64,000 nucleotides of DNA from positions 96 to 64,095 of the forward strand of contig JADBJL010000026.1 of the NCBI GenBank assembly GCA_014874455.1, read 5' to 3'. Under the pieces are notes generated by a model. That model was not told the DNA's origin and did not search any database. It was given only the letters and a program-made list of their open reading frames with translations. The stretch comes from Thermomicrobiaceae bacterium. GTDB lineage: Bacteria; Chloroflexota; Chloroflexia; Thermomicrobiales; Thermomicrobiaceae. Position numbers and translations under genes: made by a program. Below, one piece after another: positions 48,078 through 57,060 of this stretch (its first letter is position 1; every line of letters begins with the position of its first letter).

Positions 48078-49638
48078 GATCGATCCGTCCTTTCGCGGTA
48101 CGTGGGCGCCAATCGACCTGATCGAGGGCGGCGGCGAGGGCGGCGGAGACGAGGAGATCATCGTGGGTGCGGGGGTCGGGGACGGCCCAGGACATGAGCT
48201 TGCCGGGGCCGGGGCGGACATCGTAGGTACAGGCTTCGACCTGCTGCCAGAAGAGGCGGGCGAGGTGGGCGGCTTCGGCGTCGACGTCCTCGCCTTCGGT
48301 GCGGTGATCCTGGTAGCGGCCGGCATCGACGAGGCCGAGGAAATCCCAGCCGAGCTGTGATTTGGAGGCGAGGGAGAAGGTGAAGGGGAGGACGACGTGC
48401 TCGCCGAGGGTGGCCTGGAGGAAGGAGGCGAGGCCGGCGCCGACGCCGGTGGCATCGACCACCAGTGCCTGCGCTCTCCAGGTGCGGGCGATGGTGGCGA
48501 CCTGCTGGTGGAGGAGGGTGTGCTTGGTGCCCGTCCAGAGGTAGCGGCGGACGACCTGGTAGGTGGGGCGCTCTCCCTGCGAGCGCACGCGGAAGACGGT
48601 GAGGGCGGTGGAGTCGCGGCGGCCGAGTGGGTCGGCCTGGGCATCGGCTTCTTCTTCGCCGGCGACATCGAGGGTGAGGGCGTAGGTCTCGCCGGGGAGC
48701 GGGGCGAGGAGGGGCGGGTGGTCACCGCGCATGAGGAGCTGGCGGGAAGCGGGGAAGAGGCGGCCGGCTGAGGCGAGTTCCTCAAGCTCGTACTCGGTGC
48801 GGATGAAGGGGTGATCTGGGCCGAGCTGGGCGATCTGGCGCTGGACGTGCTCGGCGTAGGGCGGGAGGTGCTGGGCGACCTGCTGCCAGGGGACGAGGAA
48901 GAGGCGGGGGTGGCCGTCCTGCTGTTCGAGCTCGCGGAGGTAGCGCATCTGGCGGGCGAGGAGGGTATCGCTGCTCCAGGTGGTGCCCATGAAGAGGGTG
49001 GGTGCGGCGGTGGAGGCGGTCATAGGGGCGAAGACGCTATCCCAGCGGTCGGGCTCGATGTCCTGGGCCTCGTTGGCGACGAGGAGGAGGGAAGCGGTCT
49101 GGCCGCGGGCGCTGGCGGTGGGTGCGGCGGAAGTGAAGCGGACGGCGGCGCGGCCGATGCGGACTTGTGTGGCTGAGACGTGGAGCGGGAGGCCGAGGGC
49201 GCGGAGGCGGTCGGAGCCGAGGACATCGAGGAGGCGATCGCGGGCGATCTGGGCCTGAGGGCGGAGGGTGGGGAGGGCGACGACGGCGGTGCCGCCGGCC
49301 TTGTGGAAGGTGAGGAGGAGGTAGGCGAGGAGCTGGGCGAGCATCTCGTCCTTGCCGGACTGGCGGGCGAAGACGGCGGCGAACTCGGCGGGAACCCCAG
49401 TGTTCCCGCGCCTGCGTTCGATGACGGCTGAGGCGATGGCGTTGGCTGGGGTGGCCTGGTAGGGGCGGAGTGCGCGGTGAGGGAGGAAGACGCGGGAGAA
49501 GGTGGCCGGGCTCTGCAGGGCGAGGCGGAGGGCGGTGTGCAGCGGCGAGCCAGAGCGCGTACCCGCATGCCTCTCTGGGCGAGCGCCCGCGTGGCCGGCC
49601 CGGCCTGCCATCGACCTCGCCTCGCCGTCCTGGCTCAT
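48064..49638 (-). CDS. Phage terminase large subunit-like ATPase/nuclease
   Basis: Walker A-like FARQSGKDEM, Walker B-like LLLVANEAQDI, FMGTTW, and RNaseH-like nuclease segments YALTLDVAGE...RRDSTALTVFRV...ALVVDATGVG...HDDLLVSAALA. ATG 49638 follows GAGGAGG. Confidence 0.7.
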   Translation of the reverse strand: MSQDGEARSMAGRAGHAGARPERHAGTRSGSPLHTALRLALQSPATFSRVFLPHRALRPYQATPANAIASAVIERRRGNTGVPAEFAAVFARQSGKDEMLAQLLAYLLLTFHKAGGTAVVALPTLRPQAQIARDRLLDVLGSDRLRALGLPLHVSATQVRIGRAAVRFTSAAPTASARGQTASLLLVANEAQDIEPDRWDSVFAPMTASTAAPTLFMGTTWSSDTLLARQMRYLRELEQQDGHPRLFLVPWQQVAQHLPPYAEHVQRQIAQLGPDHPFIRTEYELEELASAGRLFPASRQLLMRGDHPPLLAPLPGETYALTLDVAGEEEADAQADPLGRRDSTALTVFRVRSQGERPTYQVVRRYLWTGTKHTLLHQQVATIARTWRAQALVVDATGVGAGLASFLQATLGEHVVLPFTFSLASKSQLGWDFLGLVDAGRYQDHRTEGEDVDAEAAHLARLFWQQVEACTYDVRPGPGKLMSWAVPDPRTHDDLLVSAALAAALDQVDWRPRTAKGRIDHDRV

Positions 49639-49963
49639 TACCTCCTCGATTCGCTCCACACCGGTCAATCGCCTGCCGGCGCCCGGCTCCGGGCAGCACG
49701 GTGCTCGCTCGCCGAGCGCAGGGGTGCTGGCCTGGGGAGAGGGAACGTCGAGCTCGTGGGGACGGCGACGAGCATGGGCCACCCGGCTCAGCGAGCAGAG
49801 GCTGCGCACTGCATCGGAGAGGACATGCGAGACGAAAGTGGACAGCGCCGCGCGACGCGCACCGGCGCTCGCCGTCGCATCGAAGGTGAGTCTCGCGATG
49901 ACAGACGGCAGGCCACCATGACGGTCACGCGGGGCCTGAGAGCGAGAGGTGCAGGCTGGCGGT

Positions 49964-50887
49964 TCAGGGTTGCTGTTCAGGCTGGGCGACCCTGACCTGG
50001 TACCGGGCCGGATCCTCGCCGAACTGCTCGAGCAGCCACCGGGCAAATCGCGCGCTTTGCTCGGCGCTAGCGTCTCTCTCGATCCAGAGGCCGTTACTGA
50101 GTTGCGCCGGGCTCCAGAACCGACGACCAGTCCCGTGGACTGGCTCGACGTGGATCAGGTAGCGGTCAGCGCGTGCTGCTACTCGAACGGGGCAATGTTC
50201 TGGCCTCAGTCGGCCGCTCCTAATCAGCATCTCCGCGAGTTCGATGAAGAGCCGTCTCCACCGTCGCAGCGGCACCTCGGTGCCATCCGGCAGGCGAAGC
50301 GCTGCTGGCGGCGGGGAACCAGGTACCGGCTGGAGGGCGCTCAACGGGATCTCGCCCGCAGGCTGAGGTGGCGGGGATGGAGGTGGTGGCGGTGGAACGA
50401 CGGCGCTGACCAGGAGCGGTCGCCAGAGCGCCCTGAGGATCTCGACGGCCGCCTGCGCCGCCGTACCCTTACTGAGGTCGACGGTCGAGGCCGGTCGCAC
50501 CATGTCGGGGAACCGGTAGACCTGCCAGAGCAGGCCGTTGGTGATGCCGACGTACTCCACGTGCGTGCCGCGCCGCGACAGCTCCCACGCGTAGCTCACC
50601 ACAGCTGCGCTGGCGATCGGCGGCAGCCTCGGGCCGAGCGTCTTAGCCTCGATGAGCACAACGGGCTTGCCGTCGGCACCGAAGAGGCAGTAGTCCGCCT
50701 TGCCCTGGCCCGCAGCGTACTCCGGCCGAGCCACGGCAGGGTCGTCGAGCGGCCAGTCGAGCGCCCGCAGGATCGGGTCGATCAGCGCGTAGCGCGTCAG
50801 CGCCTCGCTGGCCGCCAGCTCCTGCCGGTACCGCTCGGCGCGACCGCGTACCTGCTCGATGACCTGCACGAGCTCCTCGGCCACCAT
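49964..50887 (-). CDS. HsdR_N-like (PD-(D/E)xK) domain protein with a poly-Pro linker and unknown C-terminal domain
   Basis: SEALTRYALIDPILRALDW...GKADYCLF...VVLIEAKTLG...YVGITNGLLWQVY matches the type I restriction HsdR N-terminal nuclease-fold pattern. PPPPPPSPPP linker. ATG 50887 follows GAGGAGGAGG. Confidence 0.6.
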   Translation of the reverse strand: MVAEELVQVIEQVRGRAERYRQELAASEALTRYALIDPILRALDWPLDDPAVARPEYAAGQGKADYCLFGADGKPVVLIEAKTLGPRLPPIASAAVVSYAWELSRRGTHVEYVGITNGLLWQVYRFPDMVRPASTVDLSKGTAAQAAVEILRALWRPLLVSAVVPPPPPPSPPPQPAGEIPLSALQPVPGSPPPAALRLPDGTEVPLRRWRRLFIELAEMLIRSGRLRPEHCPVRVAARADRYLIHVEPVHGTGRRFWSPAQLSNGLWIERDASAEQSARFARWLLEQFGEDPARYQVRVAQPEQQP

Positions 50888-51075
50888 CGCCTCCTCCTCG
50901 ATTGCCCGGGCCGGCACGTGCAGAAGCCCACCGCACCGGGGCGCGCTCTCGCTCGTGGCGCTCACCGCTATTCTAACGCGCAATCGCCTGCGGTCTATCG
51001 AACGGCAGAGCGGGCGCGAGTGGCCGCCCCTAACCCACCGGGATGCCTGCTCTTGGAACCGCGGGCCTGGCCGCG

Positions 51076-52026
51076 CTACCGGGTCGCCGGCAGGCGGAGC
51101 GGCGGGAGCTGGCGGGTCAGCTCCTCGCGGCGGGGCTCCAGCCAGGGCGGGAGCCGTAGCTCGCTGCCCAGGCGCTCGGCCGGCTCGTCGACCGTGAACC
51201 CGGGCGGGTCGGTCGCGATCTCGAACAAGAGCCCGCCCGGCTCGCGGAAGTAGATCGACCGGAAGTACTGGCGGTCGAGCACCGGCGTGACGCGGAAGCC
51301 GTACTCGGCGACCTCGTGATGTACCCGGCGCTGGGCGTCGTCGTCGGGCACGCGGAGCGCCAGGTGGTGTACCGTGCCGGTGCCCTCGATCCCCGGCGTC
51401 GTCTCCTGGGGCTCGATCAGGTCGAGGATCACCCCGCTGCCGCCCTGGCCGGCGACGTAGCGCACGCGCCCGTCCCCGCGCGCCAGCTCGCGCAGGCCGA
51501 GCAGCTCCGTCAGCACCCGGGCCGTGCGCTCGGGTGCCAGCGAGATGGCGCTGATCCCGTAGATGCCGCGGATCGCCATCTCAGCCGGCACCGGCCCCTC
51601 TGGCCAGCCTGGCCGCTCCTCGGCTCCCTGGTGTGCGACCAGCTCGAGCGGCAACCCGTCTGGGTCGTCGAAGGCGAGCACGGTCTCCTCGAAGCGCTCC
51701 GTCGGGCCGGTACACTGCACCCCGTGTGTCTCCAGGCGCCGTCGCCAGTAGTCGAGCGCGCCGGGCGGGATCGAGAGCGCGGTGGCGGTGAACTGGCCAG
51801 CGCCGACCCGGCCACGTCGCATGTGCGGCCAGGGGAAGAAGGTGACGATCGTACCAGGCCGGCCAACCTCGTCCCCGTAGTAGAAGTGGTACGTGTTCGG
51901 CACATCGAAGTTCACTGTCAGCTTGACCAGGCGCAGGCCGAGCACGCCCGCGTAGAAATCCAGGTTCCGCTGGGGATCCCCGGCGATGGCGGTCATATGA
52001 TGGATACCAGTCATCAGGCCAGGCAT
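51076..52026 (-). CDS. Ring-cleaving dioxygenase, VOC/glyoxalase superfamily (MhqO/YkcA-like)
   Basis: GIHHMTAIAGDPQRNLDFYAGVLGLRLVKLTVNFD...YHFYYGDE and a second VOC repeat with VHHLALRV. ATG 52026 follows GAGGAGGG. Confidence 0.85.
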   Translation of the reverse strand: MPGLMTGIHHMTAIAGDPQRNLDFYAGVLGLRLVKLTVNFDVPNTYHFYYGDEVGRPGTIVTFFPWPHMRRGRVGAGQFTATALSIPPGALDYWRRRLETHGVQCTGPTERFEETVLAFDDPDGLPLELVAHQGAEERPGWPEGPVPAEMAIRGIYGISAISLAPERTARVLTELLGLRELARGDGRVRYVAGQGGSGVILDLIEPQETTPGIEGTGTVHHLALRVPDDDAQRRVHHEVAEYGFRVTPVLDRQYFRSIYFREPGGLLFEIATDPPGFTVDEPAERLGSELRLPPWLEPRREELTRQLPPLRLPATR

Positions 52027-52156
52027 GGTGGAGCCCTCCTCGTCGAAAAGCCGCCGCTCGGCACCAGGCACACAGGACACCGAAGCACCACGACGAACCG
52101 CGCTGTGCCCCTTCGAGCGATAGCTCGAGCGTAGCACGCGGCGACGGCTGCGGCGA

Positions 52157-52948
52157 CTACTCGGGCGCCTGGTCGCGCGTCCGCTCCAGCGCCCGCGCGG
52201 TCTCCTCGCGCTCTAACACAGCCTCGGGGTCGATCCCGAGGTAGTGAACCAGGCTGGCCAGGTAGGCGTCCAGCGCGACACCGGCCAGCTCCTCGCGCGC
52301 ATGGCGGCTGGCCAGCGCGTCGGCGCAGCCCTCGCTGCAGGCGACGAGCACCGGCCGTGCAGCCTTTGCACGCTTGCCCGAGCGCAGCGGCCAGAGCACC
52401 AAGCACGTCTCAGCCGGCGCCGCCTGGCCACAGTTGTCGCACTGCACGTCGGGGACGAACGCGTCGTCGCGAAGGGTCATGACGAAGGGCATTGCTGTGC
52501 TCCTTGCGCTATCTTTCGTGACTACCCCCGTGGTGGTTAGGCCCCCTCTCCGGGCGAGCTCGATCGACTGGACGGAGCCAGCGAGCAGGGAAACGACCGA
52601 GAACCGGAGACCGGCCGCGCCACCACTCGTGGGATCTGCTAACTGTGACCGGAAGGAGCGCCTCTGGCTCTCGCGCCGTCGGACGGAGGTCAGCACGTTT
52701 TCCTCGTCGTGGACAGCCAGCGCTTCCAAACGGAGGACGAGGCCCGGTTCTCGCCTGATGCCCTCGCGCGTATACGTGTACAGACCGCGCAGCACGTAGG
52801 TCGCCTCAGCGACGTGCAGCGGCTGGACAGCCAGTGCGAGTGCTCCACGCTCAGCTTGCTCGACCAGCGCCAGCGCGCGCTCGAACAGGTCGGGCGGACT
52901 CTTCGTGGCGAGCCGGAGCAGCACATTGGTGTCGAGCCGGTAGCGCAC
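52157..52948 (-). CDS. PIN-like (VapC-type) N-terminal module continuing in frame into a Cys-containing module that has its own ribosome-binding site and ATG at 52492
   Basis: N-terminus MRYRLDTNVLLRL... (PIN Asp) and HVAEATYVL (Glu), but the later acidic residues are not evident. No stop before MPFVMTLRDD... (AAGGAG 7 nt upstream of ATG 52492). The gene model is uncertain: fusion, two genes, or a decayed toxin. Confidence 0.45.
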   Translation of the reverse strand: MRYRLDTNVLLRLATKSPPDLFERALALVEQAERGALALAVQPLHVAEATYVLRGLYTYTREGIRREPGLVLRLEALAVHDEENVLTSVRRRESQRRSFRSQLADPTSGGAAGLRFSVVSLLAGSVQSIELARRGGLTTTGVVTKDSARSTAMPFVMTLRDDAFVPDVQCDNCGQAAPAETCLVLWPLRSGKRAKAARPVLVACSEGCADALASRHAREELAGVALDAYLASLVHYLGIDPEAVLEREETARALERTRDQAPE

Positions 52949-52951
52949 CGG

Positions 52952-53209
52952 TTAGCCTCGCCGCTCCCGCTCGGACAACGCCCATGCGAGCGCTGCCTGC
53001 TCCTGCTCGAATCCGGCGAAGGGAATCCGGCTGCCCCGGAGCAGATCCCGGAGCTGGGCCGCGTGGTAGCGGCGTAGCAGGCGCAGCCGGATCTCGTCGA
53101 CGACGCTGACCTCGAACTGATCTCCCTTGCGCAGGCCAAGTTGCTGCCGCACGGCTTTCGGAAGCGCAAGCTGCCCCTGATTCGTGAGCGTTGTTCTGGT
53201 CATCTGCAA
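52952..53209 (-). CDS. AbrB/MazE/SpoVT-family antitoxin
   Basis: TLTNQGQLALPKAVRQQLGLRKGDQFEV swapped-hairpin motif. The stop lies 3 nt before the PIN ORF start. Confidence 0.8.
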   Translation of the reverse strand: MQMTRTTLTNQGQLALPKAVRQQLGLRKGDQFEVSVVDEIRLRLLRRYHAAQLRDLLRGSRIPFAGFEQEQAALAWALSERERRG

Positions 53210-53230
53210 TATCTCCTTGCTTCATGCGCC

Positions 53231-53256
53231 ATTGTAAGGCAGCCCCCGAATTGCAA
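53231..53256 (-). promoter_or_regulatory. Candidate promoter/operator of the TA locus
   Basis: On the minus strand, TTGCAA (53256-53251), a 14-nt spacer, TACAAT (53236-53231), then AAGGAG. On the + strand, ATTGTAAG and ATTGCAAG form a direct repeat. Confidence 0.3.
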
Positions 53257-53418
53257 GCGATGCTCCCGCGGCACGAACGGAACCTTGCCCCCACGCCGGC
53301 ACACCAGGCGCGCGGCAAGCCGGTTCGTCGCTCCGCCCGCGCTCGTCGCTATCGTTGCCAGCCTCCCGGCACACCGCTACGCTTGAGCGTAGCCAGAGGC
53401 TCGCAGGAGGTCGCGGTC

Positions 53419-53904
53419 ATGCAGGTCTGGCTCGGGTTCAGCCAGGTGGTGCTCTGGGGCTTGGCCTCCACCCTCATCCTGACATTGATCCTGCGCGGCA
53501 GCCAGGCGGCCGGGCTCACGCGGATGGATCTGCCGCTCATCCTGGGTCTGGCGCTCACCCCTCACCGCGAACGCGCCAAAGCGCTCGGAGTGTTGCTTCA
53601 TCTGCTCAACGGCTGGCTCATCGCGTTTCTGTACGCTGCCTACTTCCGGCTCCTGGGCCGGACGAGCTGGGAGTGGGGCGCGTTGCTCGGAGCGATCCAC
53701 GGGTTGGTCGTCCTGATGGTTGTGCTGCCGGTCTTGCCCGGCATTCACCCGCGCATGGCCAGCGATGCGACCGGCCCCGAGCCGACGCGCAACCTCCAGC
53801 CGCCTGGCTTTCTGGGGCTCAACTACGGGCGGCAGACCGCGATCGTGACGCTGCTCGCCCACGTGGTCTACGGCTTCCTGCTCGGCCTGACGCTCGGTCG
53901 ATAA
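53419..53904 (+). CDS. Hypothetical integral membrane protein (4 predicted TM helices)
   Basis: ATG 53419 follows AGGAGG with 8-nt spacing. Hydrophobic throughout. The track ORF starts further upstream at 53191. Confidence 0.6.
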   Translation: MQVWLGFSQVVLWGLASTLILTLILRGSQAAGLTRMDLPLILGLALTPHRERAKALGVLLHLLNGWLIAFLYAAYFRLLGRTSWEWGALLGAIHGLVVLMVVLPVLPGIHPRMASDATGPEPTRNLQPPGFLGLNYGRQTAIVTLLAHVVYGFLLGLTLGR

Positions 53905-53929
53905 GGGCTCACCAGGCCGCTGGTGCCGC

Positions 53930-55792
53930 TCAGGAGGCGGGAGCGACCGGTACCAGCGGTCGCTCCCGCCCGCTCAGCTCTTCGAGAGCGAGCGCCGCGT
54001 CGATCAGGCCGATGTGGCTGAACGCCTGGGGAAAGTTCCCGAGCTGCTCACCGCTCGCCGGGTCGATTTCCTCGGCCAGCAGCCCTAAGTCGTTTGTGCG
54101 CTTCAGCAGGCGCTCGAAGTGCTCGACCGCCCGATCGAGCTGGCCGATGCGAGCCAGTGCCGCAGCCAGCCAGAAGGAGCAGATCACGAAGGCACCCTCT
54201 GGGCCCGGCAACCCGTCGTCGCGGAGATAGCGATAGACCAGCTCACCGCGCGCCAGGTAACGGGCGATCGCCTCCACCGTACCGACGATGCGCGGATCGC
54301 GTGGCGAGAGAAAGCAGTCGGTGAGCGCGAGCACCAGCAGCGCTGCGTCGAGCCCTCGCCCGGGCACGCTGACGAAGGCGCCCAGCTTCGGGTCGTAGCC
54401 GTACCGCAGCACCCAGTCCTCGATGGCCGCCTCAGTGCGGGCGATCTCTGCCACTGGGATCGAGAAGCCGTCCAGGCGGGCCAGCTCGCGTACCCGCCGC
54501 AGGCCGACGACGCACATCGCTTTGGAGTGGACATGTTGCGCCCGGCCGGAACGTACCTCCCAGATCCCGTCGTCGGGCTCCTGCCAGCGCCGCATGATCA
54601 CCTGCGCCAGCCCGCGGATCAGGACGTGGTCATCGCGCTCGAGCGGCCGGCCGGTACGCCGGTAGATCGCGAGCGCGTCGAGCACCTCACCGTAGACGTC
54701 GAGCTGGAACTGCCGAGACGCGTCGTTGCCGACGCGCACCGGGCGCGATCCCCGGTAGCCCTCGAGGTCGGGCAGCAGTCGCTCGGGCAAATGCGTCTCG
54801 CCGTAGATCGAGTAGACCACGTGCAGCTCCGGGTGGGTGAGCCGGGTGGCGTGGAGCAGCCAGTCGACGAAGGCGTCGGCCTCGCGGTGATAGCCCAGGT
54901 TCAGCAGCACGCGCACGGTGAACGCCGCGTCGCGCAGCCAGCAGTAGCGGTAGTCCCAGTTACGCACGCCGCCGATCTGTTCGGGCAACGAGGTCGTCGG
55001 CGCGGCGATGATTGCCCCCGAGGGAGCGTAGGTCATGAGCTTGAGCGCCAGGGCACTGCGGATGACCGCGTCGCGGTACGGGCCGCGGTACCAGCAGTGC
55101 CCGACCCAGGAGCGCCAGAACTCTTCGGTCAGCCGCTCGAGAAGGTCGAAATGCTGGGGGATAGGCAGCTCAGCCGGGGCTTCCGGCGAGTAGGCCATGG
55201 CCAGATCGAGCCCCTGGCCATGCTCGAGCGTGATCGGCCCGGTCACGGTGCCGCCGCGGATCTCGAGCGGTACCTGAGTAAAGAGGATGCAGAGCTGGTC
55301 GGCCCAGCCGATCGAGTACCAGGCAGGTCGCAGTCGCCGCACTTCCGGCGTATATCGACCGAAGCCCGGGCGCAGGCGGACGGTGACGCGCAACGTGACC
55401 CGGCCGGCCAGACAGCGTAACCGGCGGAGCAGCATCCGGTACGGCACGGGGATGACCTTCTTCTGGCGCTCGGTGAGCGCTGGCATGAAGTCGACGACCA
55501 GCACGCGGCCGGAGGCGGTCTCGAACTCGGTCTCCAGGATGTTCGTGTCGGGGCGGTAACGACGAGAGGTCTCGGCCGGCTCCAGCGGCTCGATGGCGAA
55601 GTAGCCGCCCAGGTCGGCATCGAGCAGCCGGGCGAAGACGGGATCGCTATCGAAGCGGGGCAAGCACCACCAGTCGACCGAGCCGCGTCGGGAGACCAAC
55701 GCGATGCTGCGGCCATCGCCGATCATGCCGTAGTCGCCGATCGGCGCGTAAGACGCCTCGAGCACGGTGCTGCCCCTGGTCATCTCCCGCAT
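53930..55792 (-). CDS. Glycoside hydrolase family 15 (glucoamylase/trehalase-related)
   Basis: IGDYGMIGDGRSIALVSRRGSVDWWCLPRFDS N-terminus, NWDYRYCWLRDA, and the acidic catalytic region LLAEEID. Start at ATG 55792 or 55783. Confidence 0.9.
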   Translation of the reverse strand: MREMTRGSTVLEASYAPIGDYGMIGDGRSIALVSRRGSVDWWCLPRFDSDPVFARLLDADLGGYFAIEPLEPAETSRRYRPDTNILETEFETASGRVLVVDFMPALTERQKKVIPVPYRMLLRRLRCLAGRVTLRVTVRLRPGFGRYTPEVRRLRPAWYSIGWADQLCILFTQVPLEIRGGTVTGPITLEHGQGLDLAMAYSPEAPAELPIPQHFDLLERLTEEFWRSWVGHCWYRGPYRDAVIRSALALKLMTYAPSGAIIAAPTTSLPEQIGGVRNWDYRYCWLRDAAFTVRVLLNLGYHREADAFVDWLLHATRLTHPELHVVYSIYGETHLPERLLPDLEGYRGSRPVRVGNDASRQFQLDVYGEVLDALAIYRRTGRPLERDDHVLIRGLAQVIMRRWQEPDDGIWEVRSGRAQHVHSKAMCVVGLRRVRELARLDGFSIPVAEIARTEAAIEDWVLRYGYDPKLGAFVSVPGRGLDAALLVLALTDCFLSPRDPRIVGTVEAIARYLARGELVYRYLRDDGLPGPEGAFVICSFWLAAALARIGQLDRAVEHFERLLKRTNDLGLLAEEIDPASGEQLGNFPQAFSHIGLIDAALALEELSGRERPLVPVAPAS

Positions 55793-55921
55793 AGGTCGGA
55801 TCGTCCGCTGCGGACTCCGCACGGCGGGTTTCCGTGACCCGGGGTGCATGGTACTATGCGTGGCTACCGGTTGATGACCGGCGCACTGATGCAACCGCTG
55901 TTTTTGGAAGGTGGAGCCGTG

Positions 55922-56728
55922 ATGGAGGAGGAGCGTAACCGCTACGTCCTGTGGGAGATGACGTGGCCAGAGCTGGAAGCAGCCAGCTCGGAAATCAACC
56001 TCGTCGTCATCCCCGTTGGGTCGACCGAGCAACACGGGCCGAACACCACGTTCGGCACCGATAGCATCCGCGCGCACGAGTTCTCGCTGCGCCTCGCCGA
56101 GCGGCTCTATCCCGAGGTGCTGGTGGTGCCGGTCATGCCGTATGGTGTCTCACCGCATCACATGAGCTTCCCGGGGACAATCACCCTCGCGCCGGAGACT
56201 TTCATCCAGGTGCTCTACGAGGTGGTCGAGAGCCTGTCCGAACACGGGTTCGACCGCTTCCTGTTCATCAATGGGCACGGTGGCAACCGGCCGGCGCTCG
56301 ACCTGCTGGTGGCGCGCCTGCGACGCGAGCTGGACGTGCTCGCAGCCTGGGCCTCCATCAGCGAGCTGGCGAGCGATGTGGTGCAGGCTGGCAAGACGGC
56401 TGAGGTGATCGGTCACGCCTGCGAGAGCGAGACGAGCCAGCTCCTTTATCTGGCGCCGTGGGCGGTGCGCACCGAGGCGCTGAGCCCGGGAGAGCTACTA
56501 GAGCAGGAATACCCGCACGCCGCGTGGTCAGGGCCAGTTCACGTCCCCTATACCTTCGACGAGATCACTGCCAACGGTGCGCTCGGAGACGCGCGGGCAG
56601 CATCGGTTGAGTTCGGCGAGCGGATCATCGAGACGGCGCTGGATCGGCTGGTCGAGTTCATCGAGGCCTTCGTCGAGGAAAGCGAGGACTACGAGGACTT
56701 CGAACTCGAGGAAGATGAGCACATCTAG
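55922..56728 (+). CDS. Creatininase (creatinine amidohydrolase) family protein
   Basis: VVIPVGSTEQHGPNTTFGTDS, INGHGGN and HACESETS motifs. Acidic C-terminal tail. Confidence 0.85.
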   Translation: MEEERNRYVLWEMTWPELEAASSEINLVVIPVGSTEQHGPNTTFGTDSIRAHEFSLRLAERLYPEVLVVPVMPYGVSPHHMSFPGTITLAPETFIQVLYEVVESLSEHGFDRFLFINGHGGNRPALDLLVARLRRELDVLAAWASISELASDVVQAGKTAEVIGHACESETSQLLYLAPWAVRTEALSPGELLEQEYPHAAWSGPVHVPYTFDEITANGALGDARAASVEFGERIIETALDRLVEFIEAFVEESEDYEDFELEEDEHI

Positions 56729-57060
56729 CGTACCCGGCTTGGGACGAACCCGTGGCCTGAGCTAGAATTGGGGGCGTTGAGACGTCCAGCGCTCGTGATC
56801 GGCGCTTCGCTTGCGTATGCGCGTGCGTCTACACAGGTCGCGACTCAAGAGCCTCAACCTGACCGGTACGAGCCACACCGGCCCCTGCTGCGTACCCTGC
56901 TCGTGCCGGCATTCGAGCCTGTCCCCCGACCCTAATGGGCGGCCTTCGGCACCTGCCTGCCCGCCCGGCTTGACCGTCTGAAGCTCGACAGCCCGGACGA
57001 TCGCAGGCAGCCCCGGAGGCCGCCGCGCCAGACGCTCCGTCCACTACTCAACGAGAGATC

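Larger units (their letters stand above)
47814..50887 (-). mobile_element. Phage-derived three-gene remnant (no virion genes, no integrase or att sites seen)
   Basis: Contains the terminase-like, MuF-like and HsdR_N-like ORFs below, flanked by housekeeping genes. Composition is not distinct from the host. Confidence 0.4.

Noticed and set aside
48078-48785. Pro/Ser/Ala-rich bulk of the 323-aa ORF 47814..48785, and similar ORFs at 49020..49699
   Set aside because: Low-complexity translation of the wrong frame of the terminase gene. Only the last 87 codons (the MuF-like zinc ribbon, with its own ATG overlapping the terminase stop) look like protein.
55922-56728. Possibility that the creatininase-family gene marks a mycofactocin (MftE) cluster together with the radical SAM gene
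   Set aside because: The two genes are 8 kb apart, in different contexts. No mftA/B/C/D-like neighbours are present.
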